A program made the position numbers and the translations under genes. A model generated the notes under the pieces. It saw only the letters and a program-made list of their open reading frames with translations, did not search any database and was not told the DNA's origin. A stretch of DNA of 64,000 nucleotides, taken from an uncultured delta proteobacterium. GTDB lineage: Bacteria; Myxococcota_A; Polyangia; Polyangiales; B10-G4. Each line of letters starts with the position of its first letter. The first letter of the stretch is position 1. Of this stretch, positions 42,005 to 52,882 are shown piece by piece. The stretch spans positions 1 to 64,000 of the forward strand of contig CAVSGI010000015.1 of NCBI GenBank assembly GCA_963727445.1, read 5' to 3'.

Positions 42005-42982
42005 ATGGTGAGCTTCGAGGAGGTCGCGGAGGCGGCGGCGCGGATCGCGCCCTACGCGAAGGAGACGCCGGTGATGCGCTCGCGGACCCTGGATGGGCTC
42101 GCGGGGGCCGAGCTCTTCTTCAAGTGCGAGAACCTGCAGCGGGTGGGGGCCTTCAAGTTTCGCGGGGCGACCAACGCCGTCATGTCCCTCGACGCCCAGA
42201 CCGCGGCGGGCGGCGTGGCGACCCACTCTTCCGGCAACCACGCCCAGGCGGTGGCGCTCGCGGCGAAGCTCCGGGGGATCACGGCGCACATCGTGATGCC
42301 GAAGAACGCGCCCGCGGTGAAGGTGGCGGCGGTGAAGGGGTATGACGGGCAGGTGGTCTTCTGCGAGCCGACCCTCGCCTCCCGCGAGTCCACCCTGGCG
42401 TCGGTCGTCACCGAGACCGGCGCCCACGTCATTCACCCCTACGACGACGACCGGGTGATCGCCGGGCAGGGGACCTGTGCCCTCGAGCTCCTCGCCCAGG
42501 TCGAAGGTCTCGACACGGTCTGCGCGCCGGTGGGGGGCGGCGGGCTGATCTCGGGAACCGCCATCACCACCGCGGCGCTCCGGCCCGAGGCGACGGTGAT
42601 CGCCGCCGAGCCCGAGGCCGCGGACGACGCCAAGCGCTCCCTCGCCGCGGGCCACATCGTCCCCTCCGACGATCCCGTGACCATCTCCGACGGCCTTCGC
42701 ACCTCGCTCTCGGAGCGGACCTTCGCGATCATCCAGAAGCACGTGGCGTCGATCGTCACCGTCTCGGAGCAGCAGACGGCGGCGGCCCTCCGGCTCGTGC
42801 TCGAGCGGATGAAGCTGGTGATCGAGCCGAGCTCCGCCGTGCCGGTAGCGGCCGCGCTCGCGGGCAACCTCCCCGGCCGCCGGATCGGCATCATCCTGAC
42901 GGGCGGCAACCTGGATCTCGAAAGGCTACCTGCGCTCCTCCGGCCGCTCGCGCGGCCTCCTGTGCCGCTGCGCTTCGGCTGA
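42005..42982 (+). CDS. PLP-dependent threonine/serine dehydratase (serine racemase-like)
   Basis: KCENLQRVGAFKFRGA, SSGNHAQ, AGQGT, PVGGGGL, IEPSSA, GGNLD. Confidence 0.92.
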   Translation: MVSFEEVAEAAARIAPYAKETPVMRSRTLDGLAGAELFFKCENLQRVGAFKFRGATNAVMSLDAQTAAGGVATHSSGNHAQAVALAAKLRGITAHIVMPKNAPAVKVAAVKGYDGQVVFCEPTLASRESTLASVVTETGAHVIHPYDDDRVIAGQGTCALELLAQVEGLDTVCAPVGGGGLISGTAITTAALRPEATVIAAEPEAADDAKRSLAAGHIVPSDDPVTISDGLRTSLSERTFAIIQKHVASIVTVSEQQTAAALRLVLERMKLVIEPSSAVPVAAALAGNLPGRRIGIILTGGNLDLERLPALLRPLARPPVPLRFG

Positions 42983-43016
42983 GCCTTCTGTGGGCGCCAG
43001 CGCTTGGGCGCTGGCG

Positions 43017-43634
43017 CTATTGCACGAGCGTCATCACCCAATCGAAGAGCAGCGTGATGACCAGGATCGGGGGCGCGAGCCCGAGCGCAGAGCCGATGAC
43101 GTAGTCGCGATAGCGCACGTCGGTCATGGCCAGCGCGTAGTTGAGGGGCGGCGCCATCCAGAGGATCAGGCGGAGGATCAAAACCGTGCGGATCGGCCGC
43201 TGGTCGAGATTGTCGAGGATGCGCCGGAGCATGGGGCGGTTCAGACCGGCGAGGGCGCGACCGCCGACGATGCGCACGATGAAGAAGCTGACGCTCACGC
43301 TCACGACCGACGCGACGAGGGCGATGGGATAGCCGAGGAGCTGGCCCCAGGAGACGAGACCCGCGAGGACGAAGACGATCCCCGGGATGTGGATCAGCTC
43401 GCCCGCGGCGAAGATGATCACGTAGACGATCATCCCGATGGCGCCCGCGGAGCGGACCATCGTGCGGATGCGCTCGACGTCGAAGTCGTCGGTGAGCCCG
43501 CTCATCTCGCCGAAGGCCCACAGGGCACCCATGAGCAGGGCGAGGAGCGCCATGCGCCACCAGTTGATGCCGCTCTTCTGTTTTTCGTCGGGCGCCTCCG
43601 GCGGCGCGCCCTCGTCGGAGGCGGCCTGGTTCAA
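43017..43634 (-). CDS. TVP38/TMEM64 (VTT/DedA-like) membrane protein
   Basis: Multi-TM; ILRLI..PPLNYALA...YRDYVIGSALGLAP. Confidence 0.8.
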   Translation of the reverse strand: MNQAASDEGAPPEAPDEKQKSGINWWRMALLALLMGALWAFGEMSGLTDDFDVERIRTMVRSAGAIGMIVYVIIFAAGELIHIPGIVFVLAGLVSWGQLLGYPIALVASVVSVSVSFFIVRIVGGRALAGLNRPMLRRILDNLDQRPIRTVLILRLILWMAPPLNYALAMTDVRYRDYVIGSALGLAPPILVITLLFDWVMTLVQ

Positions 43635-44860
43635 GGGGAGGTCGGGGTCTGGCCACTCGCGCCGGAGCTCGGCGTCGGCGGGCCTTCGTTGAGGGCGAGC
43701 CCCGCCACCGTCAGGGCGCCGATCACCAGCACCGCCGCCACCAGGGCGATGGCCATCGTCTTGCGCCGCCCGCGCCGCGCCATCTCCTCTTCGACGTCGT
43801 CGAGGTCGGCGGCGAGCGCGTAGAGCTCGGTGCCCGAGACCTGCGATTCGGTCGCGTCGCTACGCCCGGGCTTGCCCACCTTGGCCCGATCGAGGCCCGG
43901 GCCGTTCCGCGCCTCGTCGGGAAAGAGCTGCGAGACGTAACGAGCGATGTCGGCATCGCGGACGAGGCTCTTGGACTCCGAGAGCCAACGGCTCAGGGCG
44001 GCTTCCATGGCGTCCGCCGTCGGGAAGCGCTGCAAGCAATCCTTGGCGAGGGCGGTCTGGCACACGCTGTCGAGGATCTTCGGGAGCTCGGGCCGAACGT
44101 CCCGGATCGAAGGGACCGCGGTGTCGAGGATGATGGCGGCGACCGTCTCGTACTCGTTCGCGCGCGCGTAGAGGGACTGACCGGTGAGGGCCTCGTAGAG
44201 GCAGACCCCGAGGGAGAAGACGTCGCTGCGCCCGTCGAGCACCTCGCCCTGGTATTGCTCCGGGGACATGTAGGCGAATTTGCCCTTGAGCACGCCCGCC
44301 TGGGTCTTGTCGGGCTGCGTCGCCGCCTTGGCGATGCCGAAGTCGAGCAACCGCGCGACGCCGTCGTAGCCGACCATGATGTTCTCGGGCGTCACGTCGC
44401 GATGGACGATGCCGAGGGGTTGTCCGTCGGGACCACGCGCGGTGTGCGCGTGGTGGAGCGCGGCGGCGACGTCGGCGATGATCTTGACGACCATCGCGAT
44501 GGGGAGCCCGTCGACCTTTCGCGACTCGCGTGCCAGACGCGAGAGGGGCACGCCGTGTACCCACTCCATCGCGAGGTAAAACGTGCCGTCCTCTTCGCCG
44601 AACTCGTAGATGGAGCAGATGTTGGGGTGACGGAGGCGCATGCACAGCTGCGCTTCCTGAACGAACATGTCGATGAGCTTGGGATCGGCGGCGACGTGCG
44701 GGAGGACGCGCTTGACGACCAGCTCTCGACTGGCGGCGCGAGGACCGCTCTCGCGGGCGAGGAAGATCTCCGCCATTCCTCCGATGGCCAGTCGTCCGAG
44801 GATGTCGTAGCGGCCGATGCGACCCACGGGCGTGAGGTCGTGGATGGCGGGAACCGTCAC
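43631..44860 (-). CDS. Eukaryotic-like Ser/Thr protein kinase with C-terminal TM helix
   Basis: GGMAEIF, VVKR, HRDVTPEN, DFGIAK, GKFAYMSPEQ, DVFSLG. Confidence 0.93.
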   Translation of the reverse strand: MTVPAIHDLTPVGRIGRYDILGRLAIGGMAEIFLARESGPRAASRELVVKRVLPHVAADPKLIDMFVQEAQLCMRLRHPNICSIYEFGEEDGTFYLAMEWVHGVPLSRLARESRKVDGLPIAMVVKIIADVAAALHHAHTARGPDGQPLGIVHRDVTPENIMVGYDGVARLLDFGIAKAATQPDKTQAGVLKGKFAYMSPEQYQGEVLDGRSDVFSLGVCLYEALTGQSLYARANEYETVAAIILDTAVPSIRDVRPELPKILDSVCQTALAKDCLQRFPTADAMEAALSRWLSESKSLVRDADIARYVSQLFPDEARNGPGLDRAKVGKPGRSDATESQVSGTELYALAADLDDVEEEMARRGRRKTMAIALVAAVLVIGALTVAGLALNEGPPTPSSGASGQTPTSP

Positions 44861-44922
44861 TGGGAAGTCGAGAGGATATCAGAGGACGGCAAGAGCAGCG
44901 GAGAAGCTGGGGATGCCTCGCT

Positions 44923-45798
44923 GTGGGCGATGTTTCTTTGATATGCTGGGGCCTCGTGGCGGGTAGTTCGGACGACGCGGCATCGGGCGCTTCCGGGGAG
45001 GGGGCTGCGTTTCCGACCATCCACAGCAGCGGCGTGAGGGCTCGAACGAATCCTAGCGACAAGCGACCCCAGTTGGTCCTCTTCGCCTCGCGCGACGAGG
45101 CGTCGGTCTCGAAGTACGAGGCGACGATGCCGCCCGGGGTGCGCGTCCTGCGCTTGGACGACGTCTTCAGCGCCCTTTCATCTCTGCGAGGTGGGGAAAA
45201 GGCGACGCTGATCATCGATCAACGCGAGGGGATGTTTCGCGCCCAGACCGTCGCGGCGCTCTCCTCGGCCCTGCCCGAGCACGCGACGGTGTTGCTCTGG
45301 GGCGGCAGCGAGGAGGAGCTCCAGGAGGCTTCGGCGCTGGCGCCGGGGCGGTCCTTCCATCGCCTCGCGCGCGAAGCGAGCGTGCACGAGCTGGCGTCGC
45401 TCAATCGGCCCGGGAGCATCAGCGAGCTCCCGCCTGCACTTGCGGTGGCTCGCCTTCTGATCCTGGACGACGACGACGCCTATTCGCGCTCGGTCGCTCG
45501 GCTCCTCCGAACCGCGGGGTTCGAGGTCGAGGTGCGACACGACCCCGAAGAGGCGCTCGTGCTTTGCTGCGAGGGGAACCTGGTGGCCGCCCTGGTCGAC
45601 CTCCACATGCCCGGGATGAACGGCGAGGTCTTCGCGAGCAAGGTGCGCGACGCGATGGGCGACACGGCGCCGCGGATCATCATGGTCACCGGGAGCGACG
45701 CGCAGGTGCTCGGCGACAATCTCTTCGATGCGGTCCTCCGCAAGCCCGTCGGCCCCGCGCGGCTCCTCGCCACGCTCGCCGAGCTCCTGCCCGAGTAG
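44923..45798 (+). CDS. Response regulator (C-terminal receiver domain); start uncertain
   Basis: LILDDD, LVDLHMPGMNG, IMVTG, LRKPV. Confidence 0.75.
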   Translation: MGDVSLICWGLVAGSSDDAASGASGEGAAFPTIHSSGVRARTNPSDKRPQLVLFASRDEASVSKYEATMPPGVRVLRLDDVFSALSSLRGGEKATLIIDQREGMFRAQTVAALSSALPEHATVLLWGGSEEELQEASALAPGRSFHRLAREASVHELASLNRPGSISELPPALAVARLLILDDDDAYSRSVARLLRTAGFEVEVRHDPEEALVLCCEGNLVAALVDLHMPGMNGEVFASKVRDAMGDTAPRIIMVTGSDAQVLGDNLFDAVLRKPVGPARLLATLAELLPE

Positions 45799-45806
45799 CG
45801 CGCCGT

Positions 45807-47127
45807 TCAGTCGGTGTCGTAGGGGATCACCTGAACGGAGTGGATCCCGGGGAGCTTTTCGAGGGCGGGGACCACCTCGGACGCGGTGGCGGTGATGCTG
45901 ATGACGAGGTCGTGGGGAGGAGATCACGTCACGGACGGCGGCCCGCGCCGCGTCGAGCTGAACCTTGCGGACGTTGTCCTCGAAGTCGTCCCAGTAGCCG
46001 TGAGGGAGGCCGAAGAGGACGACGTCGAGGCGTGGCTCGAGGCGCTTCTGGGCGGTGTCCACCTCGAAGCAGCGGCTGTTGACGAGATAGCGCTTGGCGA
46101 AGGTGAAGTCCTTCTTGCGCAAGCCGTCATCGACGAAGCGCTCGAGGAGGTCGAGCTCGAGTGCGACACACGACGCGGCGTCCGCCGACGCCGGATGACT
46201 CCACATGGTGAAGGTGTCCCGCTGCCGATCCAGCCCGATGCGGCTGTAGACGCCGTAGCTCCACCCGCGCTTCTCCCGCACCTCCTGCACGAGTGGAGAG
46301 CTGAAGGTGCCGCCGAAGGCCGTGTTCGCGACCTCGAGGGGGTAGTAGCGCGGGTCGCCCGCCGCGATGCCCAACGTCCCGATGCAGAGCTGGGTCTGGC
46401 TGCGAGAGGGCTTGTCGACCACCACCACGCGGCGACCGGCTTTGCGCCGCGGCGTGGGGAGGGCGTCGCGTGGCGCGGGGCCCGACGGGAGGAAAGCGAG
46501 GTGCGTCTCCACCAGGCGCGTCGCCTCCTCGCGATCCACGTCGCCCGAAAAGCCCACCAGCAGATTGTCGGCGACGACGTGCGACGCGTAACACTCGCGC
46601 AGATCCCGGGCGCGGAGGCGAGAGAGCGACTCTGGCGAGCCGGCGATGGACCGGCCGTACGCGTGGCTACGGTAGAGCGTCCGCCGAAACCAACGGCCCG
46701 CCAGCGCGCGATCGTGATCGCGAATGCGCGCGAGCTCGGCGCGTGTCTCGCGGACGACCTGGGCGAGATCGGCTTTGCGAAACGCCGGCTTCTCGAGCAG
46801 CGACGCGACGAGCGCGAAGAACGGCTCGAGGTTGCGCTTGATGACCGAGCCGTGCACCCGGACGTAGCTGGTGGAGATGTCCACGCCGAGGCGCGCGCCC
46901 AGGCGGGCGATCGCTTCCTCCACCGCCGGCCCCTTCATCCCCCGCGTGCCGCGCCGCATGGTCAAAAAGGTGGTCCGCGTGAGGCCCTCGAGACCGACTG
47001 GATCCTGCACGCCGCCGGTCAGAAAGAGCAGCTCGAAGTCCACGATGGGCAGGGCCCGGCTCTCCTCGAGGGTGACGTTCAGCCCATCGACGGAGAAGAA
47101 ACCCTCGGGCGTCTTCTTCTTCCTCAT
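45807..47127 (-). CDS. M16 peptidase family non-catalytic partner subunit; frameshift near 45917
   Basis: DPVGLEGL..RGT, HAYGR, VVVVDKP..SQ, FGGTFSSPLVQEVREKRGWSYG; no HxxEH motif. Confidence 0.82.
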
Positions 47128-48486
47128 GCGTCGGCCTCGGGTACGACGAAGAGCACGTTTCGCTTCGAGCGCCTCAGATAACGACGCGCCGTGGCCCGCA
47201 CCTCGGCGGCCGTGACCGAGCGCAGCTCCTCGAGTCGCCGGAACACGCCGCCCGGGTCTCGCGTGATGGTCGTGACGAAGCCAATCTGCTCCGCCTTGCC
47301 GCTCGCCGTCTCCATCGACGACAGAAAGCCGAGCTCGAGCCGGTTCTTCGCCTTGTCGACCTCGTCCTCGGTCACGCCGTCCTTGGCCAGTCGGTCGATC
47401 TCGACGTCGACCGCCTCGAGCAACTGCTCGCCAGTGACGCCCTCGCGCGCGTCCGCCCACAGCTCGTACAGGCCCGGATGCTCGAAAGGCGCGGGTGATG
47501 CGCTGGCGGTCGTCGCGAGCTCCTGCTCTTCGACGAGGGCGCGGTAGAGCCGCGACGAGCGCCCTCCCGACAGGATCTCGTCGAGCACCGTCAGCCGCGC
47601 ATAGTCCGGCTCCGACCACGCCGGGCCCCGCCAGCCGATCTCCAGCTTCTCGGTGTCGGTCGGCTGGACGATGGTGCCCCGCCGCTCCCGCTTCTGCGGC
47701 GGCTCGGTCACCCGCTTCTCTCGCGGGATCTTCGCGGGCCGCATCGACGCGTAGTGCTCGCGGATGAGCTCCAGGGTCGCCGCTTCGTCGATGTCGCCCG
47801 CCACCACGATCACGGCGTTGTTCGGCGCGTAGTAGGTCCGGTAGAAGCGCCGGCAATCGGCGACCGTGTAGCGCTCGATGTCACTCATCCAACCGATGGT
47901 CGGCCACCGGTAGGGATGGGCGGTGAAGGCCCGGGCGTAGAGCTCTTCGTTCGCTTTGCCCTCCGACGTCGTCGTCGACGCGATAGCGCCGCTCGTTCAT
48001 CACGACCTCGCGCTCCGAGCTCACCGCGTGCGCGCGCAGAACCAGGTTGTGCATGCGATCGGCTTCGAGCCCGACGGCCAGTGAGAGCTCGCGGCTCGGG
48101 ACGTTGTCGTAGTAGTAGGTCCAGTCGGTCCAGGTGGCCGCGTTGGTCTCGCCCCCGGCGACCTCGAGGAGGCGGTCGAACTCACCCGGCCCGTAGTTCT
48201 TGGTCTCCTTGAACATCAGGTGCTCGAAGAAGTGCGCGAGCCCGGTCTTGCCTCGTTCCTCGTGGCGGGAGCCGACCCGGAACCACGACTGGTAGCTCAC
48301 CACCGGCGCGGCCGTGTCGCGGAGCAGATGGATCTCCAGCCCGTTTCCGAGGGAGAAGCTCCGCACCAGGAGATCGCGCCCGAAGGGCACCTCCGAGAGC
48401 GCGCGAAATCGAGCGCGCTTCGTTCGGACGCCGTGGTTGAGGCGCGTGGTGATCGGCTCGAGTCGTGCGAGCGGCCTGGGGCTCAT
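47124..48486 (-). CDS. M16 zinc peptidase catalytic subunit; frameshift near 47964
   Basis: VGSRHE..GKTGLAHFFEHLMF, NAATWTD.TYY, HPYRWPTIGW, YYAPNNA, GRSSRLY. Confidence 0.88.
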
Positions 48487-48590
48487 CGACGGCCGACCGA
48501 GGGGTTTGGGAAATGCACGGGGCGGTAAAGGTGCGTGTGCGAGGCGGCGCGCGTCAAGCCGAGCGCGCGCTCCGAAGGGTCTCGTCCGGG

Positions 48591-49172
48591 CTACGCGTCC
48601 GGGCCCTCGGGCCAGACGCTGGTGCGGTCGAGGGCGCGCTCGAAGGCGGCGAGGCTCTGATCGTTGAAGAGGACGAAGCGGACCAGCGCCAGGGGCCCGC
48701 TCGTGTGCTCCGAGAGGAAGCGGTTGGCGGCGCCGATGGCGATGGGCGCCGCTTCGGCGACCGGGAAGCGATAGACGCCGGTGGAGATCGCCGGGAAGGC
48801 GATGGAGGTGAGGCCTCGCTCGGCGGCCTCGGTGAGCGCCGCCTCGTGGACCTGTCGGAGCAGCTCGGCGGACTGGTCCGTCCGCAGCTCGTCGTAGACC
48901 GGGCCGACGGCGTGGATGACGAAGCGGGCCGCGAGGTCGCCCGCGCTGGTGACCCGCACCTCGCCCGTCTCGCAGCGCTTGCCATCGGCGTCCGCCGGGA
49001 GCTTCCGGCACGCCTCGAGCAGGCTCGGGCCCGCCGCCCGATGGATGGCCCCGTCGACGCCGCCACCGCCGAGGAGCGACGTGTTCGCCGCGTTCACGAT
49101 GGCGTCGACCTGCTGCTCGACGATGTTGCCCTTGACCAGCTCGATACGTCCGCTTCCGACCGTGCGCTCCAT
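48591..49172 (-). CDS. Macrodomain protein (O-acetyl-ADP-ribose deacetylase, YmdB-like)
   Basis: VDAIVNAANTSLLGGGGVDGAIHRAAG, VIHAVGP, AFPAISTGVY. Confidence 0.92.
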   Translation of the reverse strand: MERTVGSGRIELVKGNIVEQQVDAIVNAANTSLLGGGGVDGAIHRAAGPSLLEACRKLPADADGKRCETGEVRVTSAGDLAARFVIHAVGPVYDELRTDQSAELLRQVHEAALTEAAERGLTSIAFPAISTGVYRFPVAEAAPIAIGAANRFLSEHTSGPLALVRFVLFNDQSLAAFERALDRTSVWPEGPDA

Positions 49173-49257
49173 CCTCAACACCCCCAGGGTGCGGAATCGT
49201 AACGGAGGGCGCATCCACGGGGAACCCGTCCCTGATTAATGCTAGAGGGAGCGCGCC

Positions 49258-50703
49258 ATGACGACCGACGTGCGCGTGCGCTTCGCCCCTTCTCCCACGG
49301 GCTACCTCCACATCGGCGGCGCCCGAACCGCCCTCTTCAACTGGCTGTGGGCCAGGCGCCACGGGGGCAAGATGATCCTCCGTATCGAGGACACGGACCG
49401 CGAGCGCAGCACCGAAGAGAGCGTTCGTATCGTCTTCGAGTCCATGAAGTGGCTGGGCCTCGATTGGGACGAAGGGCCCGAGGTGGGCGGTGACAACGGC
49501 CCCTACTTCCAGACCGAGCGCCTCGGGCTCTACGCCGAGTACGCCGAAAAGCTCATCCGCGCCGGCGCGGCCTATCGTTGCTACGCGACCAAAGAGGAGA
49601 TCGCCGCGGCCCGTGCGGAGCACGAGAAGAAGACCGGCGTCACCCACGGCTTCCGCTTTCGCTCTCCCTGGCGCGACCGGAACGAGGAGAGGGACGCGCC
49701 CCACGTGATCCGCTTCAAGGCGCCCTCGGAGGGGGCGACCGGTTGGAAGGATCTGGTGAAGGGCGACGTCGAGTACCCGAACGACCAGCAGCAGGATCAG
49801 ATCCTGATGCGTTCGGACGGCGTGCCGCTCTACAACTTCGGCGCCACCGTCGACGACCTCACGATGGGGATCACGCTCGTGGCGCGCGGCGACGACCACC
49901 TGGTGAACACCCCGGTGCAGATCATGCTGTACCGGGCGCTCGGCGAAGAACCGCCCCAGATGGCGCACCTGCCGATGATCCTCGGGCCCGACGGGCAGAA
50001 GCTCTCGAAGCGTCACGCCGCGGTGGGCGTCCTCGAGTATCGAGACAAGGGGTACCTCCCCATCGCCGTGAACAACTACCTCGCGCGCCTCGGCTGGTCC
50101 CATGGCGACCAGGAGATCTTCTCGCAGAAAGAGCTGATCGATCTCTTCGGCTGGGACCACGTCGGCAAGACGGGCGCGAAGTACGACGCGAAGAAGTTCG
50201 AGTACGTGCAGCAGGAGCAGCTCCGGGCGCTGCCGAACACGGAGATCGCGAAGCTGGCGCTTCCCTTCCTCGCGGCGCGCGGCCTCACGGGCGTGGCGGC
50301 GGACGATCCGCGGCTCGTCGGCGCCATCGAGCACGTGAAGCTGCGCGCCACGACCCTCGCGGACATCGCCGACGGCTGCGACTACTTCCTGCGCGACGAG
50401 ATCGTCTGGGAGGACAAGCCGAAGCGGAAGTGGATGAAGGCAAAGTTCGTCCCGAACCTGGAGTCGCTGATCACGCTCCTCGAAGGCGCCGAGGACTTCG
50501 ACGTCGAGCCGCTGAAGAAGTCGGTCGAGGCGTGGATGGAAGAAAAAGGGCTCTCCTTCAAGGACTGGGCGCCCGCGGCGCGGGTCTCGCTCTCGGGGCG
50601 CGCGGCGACGCCCGGGATGTTCGAGGTGATGTCCATCCTCGGCAAGGACGTGACGCTTTCACGCCTCCGAGCCGGAGTGGAGATCGCGCGCGAAGCTGGC
50701 TGA
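49258..50703 (+). CDS. gltX: Glutamate--tRNA ligase
   Basis: RFAPSPTGYLHIGG (HIGH), LRIEDTD, KLSKR (KMSKS). Confidence 0.96.
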   Translation: MTTDVRVRFAPSPTGYLHIGGARTALFNWLWARRHGGKMILRIEDTDRERSTEESVRIVFESMKWLGLDWDEGPEVGGDNGPYFQTERLGLYAEYAEKLIRAGAAYRCYATKEEIAAARAEHEKKTGVTHGFRFRSPWRDRNEERDAPHVIRFKAPSEGATGWKDLVKGDVEYPNDQQQDQILMRSDGVPLYNFGATVDDLTMGITLVARGDDHLVNTPVQIMLYRALGEEPPQMAHLPMILGPDGQKLSKRHAAVGVLEYRDKGYLPIAVNNYLARLGWSHGDQEIFSQKELIDLFGWDHVGKTGAKYDAKKFEYVQQEQLRALPNTEIAKLALPFLAARGLTGVAADDPRLVGAIEHVKLRATTLADIADGCDYFLRDEIVWEDKPKRKWMKAKFVPNLESLITLLEGAEDFDVEPLKKSVEAWMEEKGLSFKDWAPAARVSLSGRAATPGMFEVMSILGKDVTLSRLRAGVEIAREAG

Positions 50704-50707
50704 GCTG

Positions 50708-51829
50708 ATGGCGACGGCGAAGAAGAAGACGAAGAAGAAGAGCAAGGCGAAGGCTTCACGCCCCGAGGCGGCCGCGCCGACGGCCGCCGAGGTCCCGGTG
50801 TGGCGACCGGTTCAGCTGATCATCGGCATCCTCTACTTCGTCGCCGCCGGCATCCTGTGGCTCCTGGCGGAGCCCCGATCGGGCGGGTTCGCCTGGGGCT
50901 TCTCGATCGCCCTGGTCCTCGCCGGCATCGGCACCTGCATCTACGGCTACCGGCGGCTGAAGATCGCCGATCCGGCGCCCTCGCGTCTGGACTCGCTGCA
51001 CTTCGGCCGCTTCTTCCTCGACACCTGGAAGCAGATGGACGAGGAGGCGCGCATCGAACGTCAGGCGCGGCGGGAGCGGGGCGACGGCTGGGACGTGAAA
51101 CCCCTGATCGCCCTCGCCACCGGCGCCGTCTTTCTCACGCTGATGGAGTATTTCGGCGGCTCGCGCACCTACAGCGAGCTGCTCGACGCGTGGGCCGGAC
51201 CCATCGGCGAGCCGAACTTCTACGACCAGCTTCGCCACTCCGAGTTCTCGCGCCTCTTCGAGTTCGTGTGGTGGGCGGGGTGGCGCGTGCTCGGCTACCT
51301 GATCCTGCCGGTGGTAGTCATCAAGGCGTCGGGGCAACGCATCCGCGACCAGGGCCTCGAGACCAAGGGCTTCATGGAGCACGCGTGGATCTACGCCTTC
51401 GCGTTCCACGTCGTCTTCATCTGCGTGGTCATCGTGAGCTACACCCACGAGTTCTCGACCTACTATCCCTTCTACAAGGGCGCGACGCGCAGCTGGTTCG
51501 ACTTCCTGTGCTGGGAGATGCTCTACGCGGCGCAGTTCTTCAGCCTGGAGTTCTTCTTCCGCGGCTGGTGGCTCAAGACGCTCAAGCCCGTGATGGGGAG
51601 CTACGCGATCTTCGCCATGGTCGTCCCTTACTGCATGATCCACTACGGCAAGCCCTTCCCCGAGACGATGGGAGCGATCGTCGCCGGCATCGTGCTCGGG
51701 ACCCTGGCGATGAAGACGCGCTCGATCTGGAGCGGCTTTCTGATCCACGTCTCGGTGGCCATCTCCATGGACGTGGCGGCGTTGATGCAGACGGAGGGTA
51801 TGCCCACCATCTGGTATCCCGGGGGCTGA
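50708..51829 (+). CDS. CPBP (Abi/CAAX) family intramembrane glutamic protease
   Basis: Multi-TM; SLEFFFRG, YCMIHYGKP, TRSIWSGFLIH. Confidence 0.8.
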   Translation: MATAKKKTKKKSKAKASRPEAAAPTAAEVPVWRPVQLIIGILYFVAAGILWLLAEPRSGGFAWGFSIALVLAGIGTCIYGYRRLKIADPAPSRLDSLHFGRFFLDTWKQMDEEARIERQARRERGDGWDVKPLIALATGAVFLTLMEYFGGSRTYSELLDAWAGPIGEPNFYDQLRHSEFSRLFEFVWWAGWRVLGYLILPVVVIKASGQRIRDQGLETKGFMEHAWIYAFAFHVVFICVVIVSYTHEFSTYYPFYKGATRSWFDFLCWEMLYAAQFFSLEFFFRGWWLKTLKPVMGSYAIFAMVVPYCMIHYGKPFPETMGAIVAGIVLGTLAMKTRSIWSGFLIHVSVAISMDVAALMQTEGMPTIWYPGG

Positions 51830-51832
51830 GCA

Positions 51833-52873
51833 GTGTCTGACAGCATCGAAAAAGAACGACTGAGAACCATCCTCAACTCGATGGCGGAGGCGGTCTTCGT
51901 GACCGACGCCAAGGGGCGCGTGGTCCTGACGAACCGCGCCCTCGACGACCTCATCGCGAAGGACGTTCGGGGCCGCCGCGCCAAGAACGTCATCAAGAGC
52001 AAGGAGCTCAAGCTCGCCGTCCGCAAGGCGCGGAAGAAGAACGAGGCGACCGAGACCGAGCTCGAGACCGAGATCGGCGACAAGGTCCACATCTTCCACG
52101 CGCAGATCTCGCCGCTGCCCAACGACTCGGGCGTGGTGACGGTGCTCCACGACGTCACCACGCTGAAGGACGCCGATCGCATCCGGCGGAACTTCGTCGC
52201 CAACGCCAGCCACGAGCTGCGCACACCGCTCACCGCCATCCGCGGCTTCGTCGAGACGCTGATCGACGGCGCCGCCGAGGACCCGGCGACGCGGGCGCGC
52301 TTCCTCGACGCGATCTTCCGGCACACGATGCGCCTCGAGCGCCTGGTGAAGGACCTGACGGTGCTCGGTCAGGCCGAGTCGCCGCAGTTCGCCTGGGAGA
52401 CGGAGGACGTCGACCTCGGCAAGCTCTGCAAGGACAGCGTCGGCGCCCTCGACACCCAGGCGCGGGCCAAAGGGATCGCGCTCGAGCTGCAGATGCCCGA
52501 AGCGCCCATCGTCCTGAACGTGAGCCCCAATGCGATCGACCACGTGCTGGTGAACCTGGTCGAGAACGCCATCAAGTACTCGCCGAACGGCAGCGACGTG
52601 AAGGTGAACGTCTCGCGCGACAAGGATCACGCGATGATCGAGGTCGTCGACCAGGGCCCCGGCATCCCGGCCAAGTACCTCGACCGCATCTTCGAGCGCT
52701 TCTACCGCGTCGACAAAGGGCGCTCCCGCGACGAAGGCGGCACCGGCCTCGGCCTCTCCATCGCCCGCAACATCGTCCAGCGCATCGGCGGCACCCTCGA
52801 GGTCGAGAGCGAGCTCGGCAAGGGCGCGCTGTTCCGGCTGAGCCTTCCGATCGAGCCGATCGACGAGGATTGA
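51833..52873 (+). CDS. PAS sensor histidine kinase (PhoR-like, no TM segment)
   Basis: FVANASHELRTPLT, NLVENAIKY, DQGPGI, FERFYRVDKGRSR..GGTGLGL. Confidence 0.9.
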   Translation: MSDSIEKERLRTILNSMAEAVFVTDAKGRVVLTNRALDDLIAKDVRGRRAKNVIKSKELKLAVRKARKKNEATETELETEIGDKVHIFHAQISPLPNDSGVVTVLHDVTTLKDADRIRRNFVANASHELRTPLTAIRGFVETLIDGAAEDPATRARFLDAIFRHTMRLERLVKDLTVLGQAESPQFAWETEDVDLGKLCKDSVGALDTQARAKGIALELQMPEAPIVLNVSPNAIDHVLVNLVENAIKYSPNGSDVKVNVSRDKDHAMIEVVDQGPGIPAKYLDRIFERFYRVDKGRSRDEGGTGLGLSIARNIVQRIGGTLEVESELGKGALFRLSLPIEPIDED

Positions 52874-52882
52874 CACAGCAAG

